Shown: piece after piece, positions 9,381 to 19,719 of the stretch
Position numbering within the stretch: position 1 is the stretch's first letter
Layout of the letters: every line of letters begins with the position of its first letter
DNA from: Patescibacteria group bacterium
GTDB taxonomy: Bacteria > Patescibacteriota > Microgenomatia > UBA1400 > MFAQ01
Direction: 5' to 3'
NCBI GenBank assembly: GCA_943355005.1
Contig: CALRDV010000004.1
Location: 7,898-71,897 of the forward strand
Length of the DNA stretch: 64,000 nt
Made by a program: the position numbers and the translations under genes
Notes under the pieces: model-generated
What the model saw: only the letters and a program-made list of their open reading frames with translations
The model's database searches: none
Told to the model about the DNA's origin: nothing

Positions 9381-9932
9381 TTAGTTGTCCTCTGCAGGAA
9401 TGGATGGCATTGCCGGAATGGATGGCAAGCCCTTCATCATTTCACCAAGATCGGTGAATTTGACATCAGCAGGTGGAACAAATTCGGAGTCTTGAATAAT
9501 CCTAGTAGAACAGTCGACTTTGTATTTGGTTTCATCTTCAAAACCAGTGGCTTGGTCAGCGGGATTAACCGACTCAGGAATATTTCCGGTCACGGAAGGA
9601 GTTGGTGTTTCGGCGGCAACTTTTGTTTTTATACCGGTTTTGGTTCCTTCGTCCCACATATATGTATAGATATTGTCGTTAATGACTGTGCCCTTTTTGC
9701 CTTCACCCAAGTCAGAGCCGACAATCTTCATCTTTTTTCCTGAAATGGTCATCTGAGTACTGGTACTGTCTGCCAAATTAGTAATTTTACAATCCGCTTG
9801 ACCACCCCGACTAATTATTTGGCCTAGCTTTTCTGCTTTTTGAGTATTGGTGCCTGTAATAGGTGCTGAAGGTGAAAGAGAGCATCCGGAAAGAACTAAT
9901 GCGATGGGAAGAATAAATACCAACTTGTTCAT
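9381..9932 (-). CDS. Putative lipoprotein
   Basis: Signal peptide with lipobox LSGC. Confidence 0.75.
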   Translation of the reverse strand: MNKLVFILPIALVLSGCSLSPSAPITGTNTQKAEKLGQIISRGGQADCKITNLADSTSTQMTISGKKMKIVGSDLGEGKKGTVINDNIYTYMWDEGTKTGIKTKVAAETPTPSVTGNIPESVNPADQATGFEDETKYKVDCSTRIIQDSEFVPPADVKFTDLGEMMKGLPSIPAMPSIPAEDN

Positions 9933-10068
9933 ACTTTTGTAAAAATTAATATAATTTCATTATAATCACGATGGACATTTTTCGCATCAACTGATACTAG
10001 CCCAAAGTAGTAGCACGCGGTTCTACTTTAGACTATAGTTAAATCAGTTAACAAACAAACGGTTAAAT

Positions 10069-11292
10069 ATGGCTAGTAAATCATCTAAGAGTTCAAGGTT
10101 ACGCATAATTGCCGACTTTAAGTTTGTTTCCGGATTGATAGTAGTTTTCTTTCTAATGATTGGAATTTTTACGGCACTTAGAATAAACTCAGGATCTCTT
10201 GATGTTTCAACTATGGCTGCCACAAAGGGGGCTCAATGTTCGTCTGGACAAAAAACTTGTCAGACGGATGCTAATGGTGTAAATACCGGGTATCAATGTG
10301 TATGTAATTCTCTTGGGTCCTGGACTTGTACAACCAAAACTAGTTCATGTGCGCCTTCGTCCGGTGGTACTACCTCCACGGTAACCTGTACCGCCATAAA
10401 TGGAACAAAATACTCAAGTGGACAGGGGGTATGTACAACTTTGAACGGTCAAAGAAATGGAAATTATTGTACATGCATAGATGCTGGTGGTGTGGGGGCA
10501 ACCTGCACAGCTGGAAAAACTTGTGATACCGGTACTTGGAGATGTGTGGTTAATGGGACGAGATGCCCAATCGAAGTTTCAGACGTTAGAGTTATTGCTT
10601 CCGGCTCATCCACTAATTGTTCAGGAGCTAATTCGGTAAACCCAAATACAGGGTCACTTACTGCTCCCATAGGGGCATCTATATATCAATATTTCTGTCC
10701 CACAAAAACTCTGGCAGAAGCTACCAGTGGAGGATGCCAAGAAAATGGTGTAAAGGTGGCTGGAAATACTGCGACCTTTACCTCAAGATGCGGTGCCCAA
10801 CAAATAGACGTGGTTTCTAGTGCAGGTACTTGTTTTTACAGTACCTATATTCCTTGTACAACAACAGTTCCAACAAGGCCGCCTATCACAATTACACCAA
10901 CACGAATTATTCCTTCTTTTACACCCACAGTAACTTCCACATATACCCCATCGCCAACTAGGACACCGACACCTACTCCTACGACACCTACGCGGACACC
11001 TACACCGACTCCGATGCTGGTCTGCGAAGCAATGAGAGCTTACAGAGACGGAGAAGACATTACAAATAAATTAAACTTGATAAAAATGGGCAATAAGGTT
11101 GTTTTTAAGGGTTTTGCATCAAACACCCAAACTGTTAAGTCTATGACATTTCAAGTCACTGTTGACGGGGCAATTAAGGCTAAGGAAATTGCTCCTGTAG
11201 TTCTAGCGAGAAATATCTGGGTAGCTTCATTCAACTACCACTTCAATAGTTACGGTAACCACGTTGTCAAAATTATTTCCATAAATAAATAA
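10069..11292 (+). CDS. Cys-rich surface protein with PT linker and C-terminal beta domain
   Basis: N-terminal TM, repeated Cys motifs, TPTPTPT tract. Confidence 0.75.
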   Translation: MASKSSKSSRLRIIADFKFVSGLIVVFFLMIGIFTALRINSGSLDVSTMAATKGAQCSSGQKTCQTDANGVNTGYQCVCNSLGSWTCTTKTSSCAPSSGGTTSTVTCTAINGTKYSSGQGVCTTLNGQRNGNYCTCIDAGGVGATCTAGKTCDTGTWRCVVNGTRCPIEVSDVRVIASGSSTNCSGANSVNPNTGSLTAPIGASIYQYFCPTKTLAEATSGGCQENGVKVAGNTATFTSRCGAQQIDVVSSAGTCFYSTYIPCTTTVPTRPPITITPTRIIPSFTPTVTSTYTPSPTRTPTPTPTTPTRTPTPTPMLVCEAMRAYRDGEDITNKLNLIKMGNKVVFKGFASNTQTVKSMTFQVTVDGAIKAKEIAPVVLARNIWVASFNYHFNSYGNHVVKIISINK

Positions 11293-11294
11293 CT

Positions 11295-12629
11295 ATGAAG
11301 AATAAAGCCATATTTTCAATAATTGGGATAGTTGTAGTCGTTGGCCTATTAGCAGCCGTAGGACTGGCATTGGGAAAGAAAGACAATACCGAATCAAGAG
11401 TAAAGGCATCTCCGGTTTGCGAGTTGGCAATTAATTTAACTCCCAAAACTACTCTCACCCCTTCAAAAACTCCAACTCCTACAAAGACTCCGACACCCAC
11501 ACCTGGTAAATGTGCTGTATCCTTTGATCTGCCAGACACTGCCATCTGTGTGAAAGACCCGGTGACTGGAATGCCTGCCACATTTACTGTTCACTCACTT
11601 CCTTCTACCGGAGGACCTTTCTTCGTCCAGACTGATTGGTATATCGTGCTACCAAAACTTGGGCCTCATCATTATGTGTGGACAGAACCAGCAATCGTTG
11701 GTAAAACCTACACCATATACGGTGATTGGCCAGGAATTCCAAACTTTCCAAATTACAATGGCACAGTTGAAAACCACTATGGTGTGAATATAGTCGACAA
11801 TAATGGTACGCCTGTATCGCCAAATTGTACTGGAGGCTTGGACTTCTATTGGACACCATACGTCAACTGTCCGGAACAAACTCCTACACCAAGTACTACC
11901 AGCTGCACAAACTGGGGCATAGACGAGAAGAGTGGTACAGGATCTAAAGTTGTTAAAATTAGCCAGGACTTATCCACAGTTACATTGGCAAAAAATTATC
12001 TATGTAGTTCAGGCTTCTGTGAAATTGAAAGTATGGATTACGACCCAAGCAGAAAAACTTTATTTGTAGTCCCGAATGTGGCCCCCACCAGAGGACTTTA
12101 TTCCGTAAATACCAGTAAAAATGATAATATCGCCGATGGGACTCTTACACTTTTTAAAGCATTTAATCCGGCTTTTCAGGTTAACGGACTCTCATTTAAG
12201 AAAAGTGATTCGTCTAAGGTGTGGCTGTGGAGAAACGGTCACGGTCTTTACACAATGGACCTAAGTACCGGTGCAACAACCTTGGATTACGCCTCAGAAA
12301 ATAATGTCGAGAGCATCGAGTGGGACAATCAGAGCCGATATCTGTATATTTCTGGCTCGTCCAAAACAAATGACTATAAAGTATCCGAATTTTGGAAATA
12401 TGATCCAATGTCCAATACCAATAAAATAACGTCATTACCCAACTTGCCAGGGGTGACACATTCGATGGACTTTGCCCCCGCCGACTACTTAAATGGGAGT
12501 CTAATTGGCTATAATGAGAGCCCCGGTAAGAACTTTTACACCTACGACTTGATAAACAATAAAGTCATTATGAACTATCCAAATGTAGGAATTAATGGTG
12601 ATGCTTTTGCAGCTTGCATCCCTGACTAA
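11295..12629 (+). CDS. Exported protein with PT linkers and propeller-like C-terminal region
   Basis: N-terminal TM, KTPTPT repeats, repeated ESMDYD/ESIEWD/HSMDFA blade-like segments. Confidence 0.7.
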   Translation: MKNKAIFSIIGIVVVVGLLAAVGLALGKKDNTESRVKASPVCELAINLTPKTTLTPSKTPTPTKTPTPTPGKCAVSFDLPDTAICVKDPVTGMPATFTVHSLPSTGGPFFVQTDWYIVLPKLGPHHYVWTEPAIVGKTYTIYGDWPGIPNFPNYNGTVENHYGVNIVDNNGTPVSPNCTGGLDFYWTPYVNCPEQTPTPSTTSCTNWGIDEKSGTGSKVVKISQDLSTVTLAKNYLCSSGFCEIESMDYDPSRKTLFVVPNVAPTRGLYSVNTSKNDNIADGTLTLFKAFNPAFQVNGLSFKKSDSSKVWLWRNGHGLYTMDLSTGATTLDYASENNVESIEWDNQSRYLYISGSSKTNDYKVSEFWKYDPMSNTNKITSLPNLPGVTHSMDFAPADYLNGSLIGYNESPGKNFYTYDLINNKVIMNYPNVGINGDAFAACIPD

Positions 12630-12662
12630 CTAAGACACAAACAGGATCATAGTTTGATTAAT

Positions 12663-12688
12663 AAAACCCTCCATTCCGGAGGGTTTTA
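12663..12688. terminator. Bidirectional terminator
   Basis: AAAACCCTCC-ATTCC-GGAGGGTTTT between convergent genes. Confidence 0.8.
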
Positions 12689-12698
12689 TATATTGAAT

Positions 12699-14423
12699 TT
12701 ACTCCCCAAAGGTAAAGGCAAAAACCTGGATTCCTTTGTCATTGAACTGCAGTCTTAAGGTATGCCTCCCTGGACTACCTTGCAAATCAACTATTTCGTA
12801 CAGCCTCGCCTCATCAAGTATCAATTTACCATTATTGACATCTTTTCCTTGATTAGTTTTATCTACAGGTGCGCCATCGAGAAAGACATTTATAAGGTCA
12901 GCTTTCCCTTGTGGAGTGATTACCAGAAATACTTTTCCTGCATAAAAATTTAGATTTAACGCAGACTCTTTATCTGCCTCTCCATATTCTCCGGTAAGTA
13001 TCCAGCTTCCTTCGTAAGCAAATTGATTCTCGTTTATAATAGCCGGGATAGTGAAGATGTTCTCCCCTCTTTTAGGTCTTTCATTGGAGTCTAATGCTTG
13101 CAACCTATTTAGACCCAAATACAGCTCCGGTGTAAACCTAACTGTGGGTGTAGATTCAGGCATGCTGAGTACTTCCGTTGTCACCGGAGTACCATCTTCT
13201 GCAAGCAAGGATTGAATAGCTTTTTCGGTTTCCTCATACTTTCCTTCACCGTTATGCTGCATCCTAAGATGACCGTTTCTATCTATCAGGTATTTCGCAG
13301 GCCAATATACATTATTGAAACTATTCCATGTAGTAAATGAGTTGTCTTGAGCTACCGGATAATTGATACTAAACATTTTTATCGCTTTTTCGACATTTCC
13401 GGTCTTTTTTTCGAATTCGAATTCAGGAGTGTGAATACCAAGAACAACAAATCCTTGGTCTTTGTACTTTTCGTACCAACCGGTAACAAACGGAAGTGTC
13501 CTAATACAATTAATACAGGAGTAGGTCCAGAAATCGACGAGAATCACCTTTCCCTTTAGTGAAGAAATTGTTTGAGGTGAGCTGTTTAGCCAATTGGTAA
13601 TGCCCTTGATTTCAGGAGACTTTCCCATATCAGGCAGGAAGGACTTAGGTGTAGGTGGAGTAACTCCATCTCTGCCGCTTAGGCGATTTAATTCTTTTTG
13701 GACTTGATCAGATTGTTCGATTTTGTAAATAATATCCGTATAACCCGGGAACAAATTTAGTAATTTTACTTGAACTATGCGGTCATATCCTGACCATATT
13801 AGAAGTGCTGTAAAAATCATGATGGCTCCAAAAATTTGCTGAATAATCCCAGTGTAGGGCGACAAGCGACGGCTTTTGGCAAGTAAATTATTACCAAAGG
13901 TAGCAAATAAAAATAATGGGATACCCGTGCCAATCATGTAGACGATGGTTATGAGTATAACTTGCGAATTGACAGCTCTAGTGGCCGATAAGGCAGCTAT
14001 AGTAGCCAGAATTGGACCAGCACATGGAGCCCATACAACTCCGAGAGAGACACCTGTAAACAATCCACCCCAAAAACCGTTACCGGAATTTATCCGTCCA
14101 CCAAAAATATTATTTAGTCTTGAAGTGGCACCTTCTACAATGGCAGAAAGTTTGGGAACAATTAACACCATACCGAGAAAGGCAATAATGAGGACTGCAA
14201 CCAAACGAAGACTGTCCGGATCGAAATTAAATATTCTAACTAAATAAGAGAGACTTAAGGTAAGGAAGGAAAAACTTATTAGAATGCCCAGAGTTACCCC
14301 AAGTGGTTTACGATGACCACCACCAGATGAGGAAGACAGTACTATGGGAAGAATTGGCCAGATACAAGGAGCAAATATGGTGAATAGTCCGGAGAGAAAG
14401 GCTATGAGCAATAAAAGTAACAT
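12699..14423 (-). CDS. dipZ: DipZ (CcdA/DsbD TM domain, thioredoxin domain, C-terminal domain)
   Basis: APCIWP, WAPCAGPIL, DFWTYSCINC, HTPEFEFEK, AFTFG. Confidence 0.92.
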   Translation of the reverse strand: MLLLLLIAFLSGLFTIFAPCIWPILPIVLSSSSGGGHRKPLGVTLGILISFSFLTLSLSYLVRIFNFDPDSLRLVAVLIIAFLGMVLIVPKLSAIVEGATSRLNNIFGGRINSGNGFWGGLFTGVSLGVVWAPCAGPILATIAALSATRAVNSQVILITIVYMIGTGIPLFLFATFGNNLLAKSRRLSPYTGIIQQIFGAIMIFTALLIWSGYDRIVQVKLLNLFPGYTDIIYKIEQSDQVQKELNRLSGRDGVTPPTPKSFLPDMGKSPEIKGITNWLNSSPQTISSLKGKVILVDFWTYSCINCIRTLPFVTGWYEKYKDQGFVVLGIHTPEFEFEKKTGNVEKAIKMFSINYPVAQDNSFTTWNSFNNVYWPAKYLIDRNGHLRMQHNGEGKYEETEKAIQSLLAEDGTPVTTEVLSMPESTPTVRFTPELYLGLNRLQALDSNERPKRGENIFTIPAIINENQFAYEGSWILTGEYGEADKESALNLNFYAGKVFLVITPQGKADLINVFLDGAPVDKTNQGKDVNNGKLILDEARLYEIVDLQGSPGRHTLRLQFNDKGIQVFAFTFGE

Positions 14424-14468
14424 GTTTTCAGTATAGATTATCGCTACTTTTATTGTGACTTAGTGTAA

Positions 14469-14483
14469 GTGTATAATGAACAC
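14469..14483. promoter_or_regulatory. Candidate NrtR operator overlapping the -10 box of the NrtR-like gene
   Basis: GTGT-ATAATGA-ACAC fits the GT-N7-AC core and contains TATAAT. Confidence 0.45.
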
Positions 14484-15158
14484 ATGAGCAATAAATATGA
14501 CGTTACACAATACGACAGACCCTCTGTTTCCGTAGACGTACTCCTTTTCACCATCGAAGAGGGTGAGCTAAAGATACTTCTCATCAAGAGAAACGAGGAG
14601 CCGTTTTTGGGAACGTGGGCCTTGCCGGGTGGCTTTGTAAGGATAGAAGAATCTTTGGATGACGCCGCAAAAAGGGAACTTTTTGAGGAGAGCGGAGTCA
14701 AGAATATTTATTTGGAACAGCTATTTACTTTTGGCGCACCCAAGAGGGACCCGCGTACAAGGGTAATTACAGTTACTTACATGGCACTGGCAGGAAAGTC
14801 CGAGTGGAAGTTATCCTCCTCTGGTGACGCCCAAGATGCGGCTTTCTTCAAAGTTGATGGCCTGCCAAAACTAGCCTTTGACCATGCCGAGATTGTTAAA
14901 TATGGATTGGAACGATTAAGAAATAAACTCGGCTATACCAACATAGTTCTTGGTCTACTCCCCGGAGCATTCACTCTGACTGAGCTTCAGAAAGTCTACG
15001 AGATAATTTTGAAAACTAAAATCGATAAACGAAATTTCCGCAAAAAGATTTTATCTACCGGCTTAATATCTGCCTCAGGAAAGAAACTTGAAGGTATCGC
15101 TCATCGCCCGGCCATGCTTTACACTTTTAAGAACAAGAAGATTGTGATAACAGATTAG
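14484..15158 (+). CDS. nrtR: NrtR-family Nudix/wHTH transcriptional regulator
   Basis: WALPGGF...RELFEE Nudix box, RDPR.RV, LAFDH, FTL.EL, DKRNFRKKI, HRPA.LY. Confidence 0.88.
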   Translation: MSNKYDVTQYDRPSVSVDVLLFTIEEGELKILLIKRNEEPFLGTWALPGGFVRIEESLDDAAKRELFEESGVKNIYLEQLFTFGAPKRDPRTRVITVTYMALAGKSEWKLSSSGDAQDAAFFKVDGLPKLAFDHAEIVKYGLERLRNKLGYTNIVLGLLPGAFTLTELQKVYEIILKTKIDKRNFRKKILSTGLISASGKKLEGIAHRPAMLYTFKNKKIVITD

Positions 15159-15167
15159 GTGTAGTAT

Positions 15168-15698
15168 TTAGCGGGTGAACTGTCTCTCTTTTCGAAGAAT
15201 CTTCTTGGGTCCTTTTTTGACCTTTTTGACCTTGACTGCTTCGACTTTAGGGGCGTTCTTGACTTTGGTAGGAGCTTCCGGTCTAACTTTTTCTTCTTTG
15301 ACTGCCGGGGTAGCGCCCTCCTCGAGCTCTTCGACAGGAACTTCAATCATGGCTTTTAGACCCTTTTTGACGAAGACATCCTTAATCTTGGTAGCTTTTT
15401 TGCCCAGAAGATCTCTGAGGTAGTAAAGTTTGGCTCGACGAACCTTGCCTTTTTTCACTATTTCGATGCCTGTGATGGTAGGAGTGTTGATAGGAAGAAT
15501 CTTTTCTACACCAACGCCTCCGGTGGCAATTTTACGAACGATGAAGTTTTTACCTTCACCATCGCCACGAATTGCGATTACAATGCCTTGGAAGATTTGA
15601 TTTCTGGACTTTTCGCCTTCTTTGACGGCCAAAGACACCTTTATTGTGTCGCCGACGCCGAATTCGATTTTATCCGCCCATTTGATTTGATTTGCCAT
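15168..15698 (-). CDS. rplS: 50S ribosomal protein L19 with Lys-rich C-terminal extension
   Basis: GDTIKV, RNQIFQGIVI, VRKIATGGVGVEKI, GKVRRAKLYYLR; ATG at 15698. Confidence 0.95.
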   Translation of the reverse strand: MANQIKWADKIEFGVGDTIKVSLAVKEGEKSRNQIFQGIVIAIRGDGEGKNFIVRKIATGGVGVEKILPINTPTITGIEIVKKGKVRRAKLYYLRDLLGKKATKIKDVFVKKGLKAMIEVPVEELEEGATPAVKEEKVRPEAPTKVKNAPKVEAVKVKKVKKGPKKILRKERQFTR

Positions 15699-15708
15699 GA
15701 CCTTGATT

Positions 15709-18700
15709 TTACCAGGCGTGAAGGGTTTTTTCCACCTGCTTCTCGAGCTCAGAAGTGAAATCCACCTTATAAGGTAGGGTAATTTTCTTGAGATTGTTGC
15801 CGGATTCGATGGCCACCACGATTTCGTGATCACCCGGACGGGATTTGAGCAGGTCGCTGACCTGCTGCATTACTTCCTTGGGTGTTCCGGACTTGATGAA
15901 GATCTCGTGGACCATGTCCCGAGGCGTCTTCTTGGTATCTATCAGTATGCCTGAATCCACGACAATTTGAAGCTTATCCTCCCGGTTATCCACCTTTCCC
16001 TTAACAATTAGAGGAGAGTCTTCCTTCCACAAATCAGGATTTTCAGCGTAGAGCTTGGGGAAAACAATACAGTCTATGGAGCCGGTGTCGTCTGAGAGAG
16101 TTACAAAAGCCATCTTGGAATTGTTTTTCTTGGTAAAAACGAGCTTTTCTCTGGTAATTATACCTCCAAGAGTGACCGCTTGATTTAAATGTAAAGATGC
16201 TTCTAGGTTGTAAATTTTATGGGATACTAAATCGGATACAATACGGACAATTTTCTTAACCGGATTATCAGATAGGTAAAAGCCCAGCAAATCTTTCTCA
16301 AGTTTCAGTTTGTCTTCCAATATCATTTCAGGAATATTCGGTAAATTATCAGTAATATCATTACTATCCTCGGCGGCGAACAAGCCCACTTGATTTTGGC
16401 CTTTGCCTTTCTGGATTTTCACAAAATTATCTCGAATGACTGGTAGGGCCGCCAAAAGCTGAGCACGGTTGCCAAAGCGATCGAGGGCACCAACTTTAAT
16501 AAGCGATTCAGCAACTCTTTTATTTACCTTGGATAAATCTACCCTGTGCATAAAATCGGTAAAACTGGCGAATAGTTTTCCGGATTCACGGGCTGCCAAT
16601 ATGGCGGTAATTGCAGAGCCTCCAACATTCTTGATGGCGGATAACCCAAAGCGAATTGCTTTGCCTGTCCCCCTAGCTCGCCCTTCCGGTAGCCAATCGG
16701 TTTCCGGCAAATCCACTACAGTAAAATCTGTCAGAGATTCGTTTACATCCGGTGCCAGAACTTTTATACCAAGTTTTTCACATTCGGTAATAGCCATTAC
16801 TACTTTATCCGTATCTAACGCTTCGACTGACATTAGCGCAGTCATATATTCCACTGGATAGTGCGCTTTGACATAGGCAGTCCAGTAAGCCACAATTCCG
16901 TACGAAGCGGCGTGAGCTTTATTAAAGCCGTAGGCAGCGAAGGTTTGAATTTGAGAAAATAATTCTTCGGCTTTCTCTCTTGGTATATCCGATTTACTAA
17001 TGCAGCCTTCTACAAATTTAGAATGCTGGGCCTCCATCTCGGCGACAATTTTTTTACCAATGGCTTTTCTAAATTTGTCTGCCTCTTCCCAGTTGTACCC
17101 CGCCAGCTGGATGGCCATAAACAGAACATCGTCCTGATAAGTGATGATGCCATACGATTGATCGAGAATTTTTTCCAATCCGGGTACAAAATAGGAAATT
17201 TTTTCCGGATCTCTTTTCCTAGCAATGTATTCCGGAATACTACCCATAGGACCGGGGCGGTAAAGTGCCACCATTGCCATGACATCTTCGATTCTTTCCG
17301 GTTTTAGATCCATCAAGTACTTGGTCATACCTCCTCCGGCTAGTTGAAATACACCAAATGTTTCTCCGCGAGCCAGCATCTCAAAAGTTTCTTTATCGTC
17401 CAAGGGTAATTTTTTGATGTTTATTTTTATGTCCGGATGGAGAAGTTCGACTAGTTTTACGGCGTTGGCCAAAATAGTGAGATTTGCGATGCCAAGAATA
17501 TCCAGCTTGATCATTCCTACATCTTCAGCGGCGTGCATTTCATACTGAGTGATTACTCGGTCTCCCCCACCTGTTTCGTTTTGGAGAGGAGTGAATTTGA
17601 CAAGATCATCAGGACCTACAATGACAGCGGCGGCGTGGACAGAAATATGACGGGCGTTTCCTTCAACTTTTTGAGCTAGGTTTAATAGTTTTTTTACTTC
17701 CGGGTCCTCATCCCTCATCTTTACAAGTTCCGGTGTACTTTCAAGAGCTTTTTTCAAAGTCATGGGGAAACCTTGACTACCCTCCGGTATTGTTTTGGAA
17801 ATCTTATCTACTTTGGAATATGCCATACCCATCACCCTTCCGATATCACGAACAGCAGCTCTAGCCTTCATGGTACCAAAAGTACAAATCTGACCAACTT
17901 TTTCGTGACCATATGTATCCGCCAAATATTTGATTAAGGCGTCTCGATGAATGTCGGCCACATCCAAATCGATATCGGGGGGTGAAGGTCGGAATGGATT
18001 TAAAAATCGCTCAAAAGGTAGACGAAAATACAAAGGATCAACAGTGGTTATACCCATACAATAAGAAACAAAGGAACCGGCTGCCGAACCTCTAGTATTA
18101 GTATAGATTCCAACTTCGTTGGCATAGTTTACAATTCCTGACTCGAGTAAAAAGTACGGCGAATAACCTTTCTTTTCGATAATGTCGAGCTCGTAGAGAA
18201 GTCTTTCTTCTTGCTCTGGAGTGACACTGCCAAAAATATCGCGACAGCCTTGAAATGATCTCTCTTTGAGGACTTCCCCTGCTGTCTTACCTGCAGGCAA
18301 ATCTAATTTTGGGAAATACCATTCACCCAGCTTGATATTGACATCGCAGCGGTCTGCAATGGTTTGAGTATTATCTATTGCTTCCGGTAAATCAGAAAAC
18401 TCGGCAGCCATTTCATCCGGGCTTTTGAGATAAAAATCCGGAGTGTCAATGTAACGCATTCTATTGATATCCTCTATGGTTTTGCCTGTTTGGACACAGA
18501 CCAGGGCATCCTGAGCGGCGGCATCTTCTTGATTTATATAGTGGGAATCGTTGGTGGCGATTAGGGGTAGGCCCAGTTCTCTAGAAAGCTTGATGAGACC
18601 TTCTTCTGCTTTTACCTCGTTCTGGTGAAAGTCTAAAAGCTTCGGTTTAATTTCTGAAGGAACATTGGGGTTTAAGGCATATTTATCATAGTGGTGTCGC

Positions 18701-19218
18701 TGAAGTTCGATAAAAATGTTTTTGGAGCCAAAGATTTGCTCGTACTCGACCAATTCTTTCTTGGCGGCATCGTAACCTTCCTCAATTAAAAGTTTTTGAA
18801 TTCTACCGGCTGGACAGCCTGTGGTAGCGATGAGCCCTTTGGAATATTTGGCCAGAATCTCTTTGTCGACACGAGGTTTGTAATAAAATCCCTCCGTCTG
18901 ACCGAGAGTGACGATTTTTAGTAAATTTTGATAGCCCTCGTAATCCTCAGCCAAAAGAACCATGTGGTTCGCGTCGGACTTATTTTTATCCAGATGGGAA
19001 CCCTTGGCTAAATAAATCTCACAGCCAATAATAGGCTTAATTTCGTCCTTAAGAGCTTTCTTGTAAAATTCAATGGCACCATACATGGAGCCGTGATCGG
19101 TAATGGCGACGTGGGTCTGGCCAAATTCTTTGGTCTTGGCGACGAGTTTGCTAATTTTGCTTAGCCCATCCAATAGAGAGAATTCGGTGTGAACATGGAG
19201 GTGGGTAAACTTTGGCAT
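15709..19218 (-). CDS. dnaE: DNA polymerase III alpha subunit
   Basis: PHP domain HLHVHTEFSLLDG, RGSAAGS, PDIDLD, YGFNKAHA, OB domain. Confidence 0.98.
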   Translation of the reverse strand: MPKFTHLHVHTEFSLLDGLSKISKLVAKTKEFGQTHVAITDHGSMYGAIEFYKKALKDEIKPIIGCEIYLAKGSHLDKNKSDANHMVLLAEDYEGYQNLLKIVTLGQTEGFYYKPRVDKEILAKYSKGLIATTGCPAGRIQKLLIEEGYDAAKKELVEYEQIFGSKNIFIELQRHHYDKYALNPNVPSEIKPKLLDFHQNEVKAEEGLIKLSRELGLPLIATNDSHYINQEDAAAQDALVCVQTGKTIEDINRMRYIDTPDFYLKSPDEMAAEFSDLPEAIDNTQTIADRCDVNIKLGEWYFPKLDLPAGKTAGEVLKERSFQGCRDIFGSVTPEQEERLLYELDIIEKKGYSPYFLLESGIVNYANEVGIYTNTRGSAAGSFVSYCMGITTVDPLYFRLPFERFLNPFRPSPPDIDLDVADIHRDALIKYLADTYGHEKVGQICTFGTMKARAAVRDIGRVMGMAYSKVDKISKTIPEGSQGFPMTLKKALESTPELVKMRDEDPEVKKLLNLAQKVEGNARHISVHAAAVIVGPDDLVKFTPLQNETGGGDRVITQYEMHAAEDVGMIKLDILGIANLTILANAVKLVELLHPDIKINIKKLPLDDKETFEMLARGETFGVFQLAGGGMTKYLMDLKPERIEDVMAMVALYRPGPMGSIPEYIARKRDPEKISYFVPGLEKILDQSYGIITYQDDVLFMAIQLAGYNWEEADKFRKAIGKKIVAEMEAQHSKFVEGCISKSDIPREKAEELFSQIQTFAAYGFNKAHAASYGIVAYWTAYVKAHYPVEYMTALMSVEALDTDKVVMAITECEKLGIKVLAPDVNESLTDFTVVDLPETDWLPEGRARGTGKAIRFGLSAIKNVGGSAITAILAARESGKLFASFTDFMHRVDLSKVNKRVAESLIKVGALDRFGNRAQLLAALPVIRDNFVKIQKGKGQNQVGLFAAEDSNDITDNLPNIPEMILEDKLKLEKDLLGFYLSDNPVKKIVRIVSDLVSHKIYNLEASLHLNQAVTLGGIITREKLVFTKKNNSKMAFVTLSDDTGSIDCIVFPKLYAENPDLWKEDSPLIVKGKVDNREDKLQIVVDSGILIDTKKTPRDMVHEIFIKSGTPKEVMQQVSDLLKSRPGDHEIVVAIESGNNLKKITLPYKVDFTSELEKQVEKTLHAW

Positions 19219-19262
19219 AACTGTTTTATCTTAGAGTAGAACTGTCATTATGTCATTACTAA

Positions 19263-19287
19263 AATGTCCCGGGTTAACCGGGACATT
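19263..19287 (-). terminator. Hairpin / probable terminator
   Basis: AATGTCCCGG-GTTAA-CCGGGACATT. Confidence 0.65.
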
Positions 19288-19290
19288 ATT

Positions 19291-19689
19291 CTAAAGAGGA
19301 ATTGAGGTGATATCAGGCCCCTGAAAACGTTGGATTTGTTGGGTCACTGCTTCAATGGTTCGAAGCCATCCTTCAAAAATTTCTATAACTAATCTATCCA
19401 GATCGTTTTTAGAAACTAAATACGGCCACCAAGCGACTGGAAAGATGAAGTGAGTACAGTCAAAGAATCCTTCCAGCTTTAGAGCAAAGCCAACTTCGTC
19501 TTTTTTCATAATCATCAGAAACCTTGCGGGCATTGATTGATCACCAGTTTCATCCTCTGCCAGATAAACGATGGGAATCGTTTGGCCTAGCGCGGTGTGG
19601 GTAAAGCTCAAGACAAATCGGCTATCTACTGCTACCATCGGGATCAAAGATTTGAATCTTTCCATCATTTCTTCGGTTTGAGAATTCAT
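19291..19689 (-). CDS. Hypothetical protein
   Basis: 132 aa ORF with AGGAGG RBS. Confidence 0.6.
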   Translation of the reverse strand: MNSQTEEMMERFKSLIPMVAVDSRFVLSFTHTALGQTIPIVYLAEDETGDQSMPARFLMIMKKDEVGFALKLEGFFDCTHFIFPVAWWPYLVSKNDLDRLVIEIFEGWLRTIEAVTQQIQRFQGPDITSIPL

Positions 19690-19719
19690 GACTACCTCCT
19701 TAATTAATGTTCTGGGACA

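Noticed and set aside
15699-15833. N-terminal extension of L19 in the ORF track
   Set aside because: Overlaps dnaE; L19 homology begins at ATG 15698.
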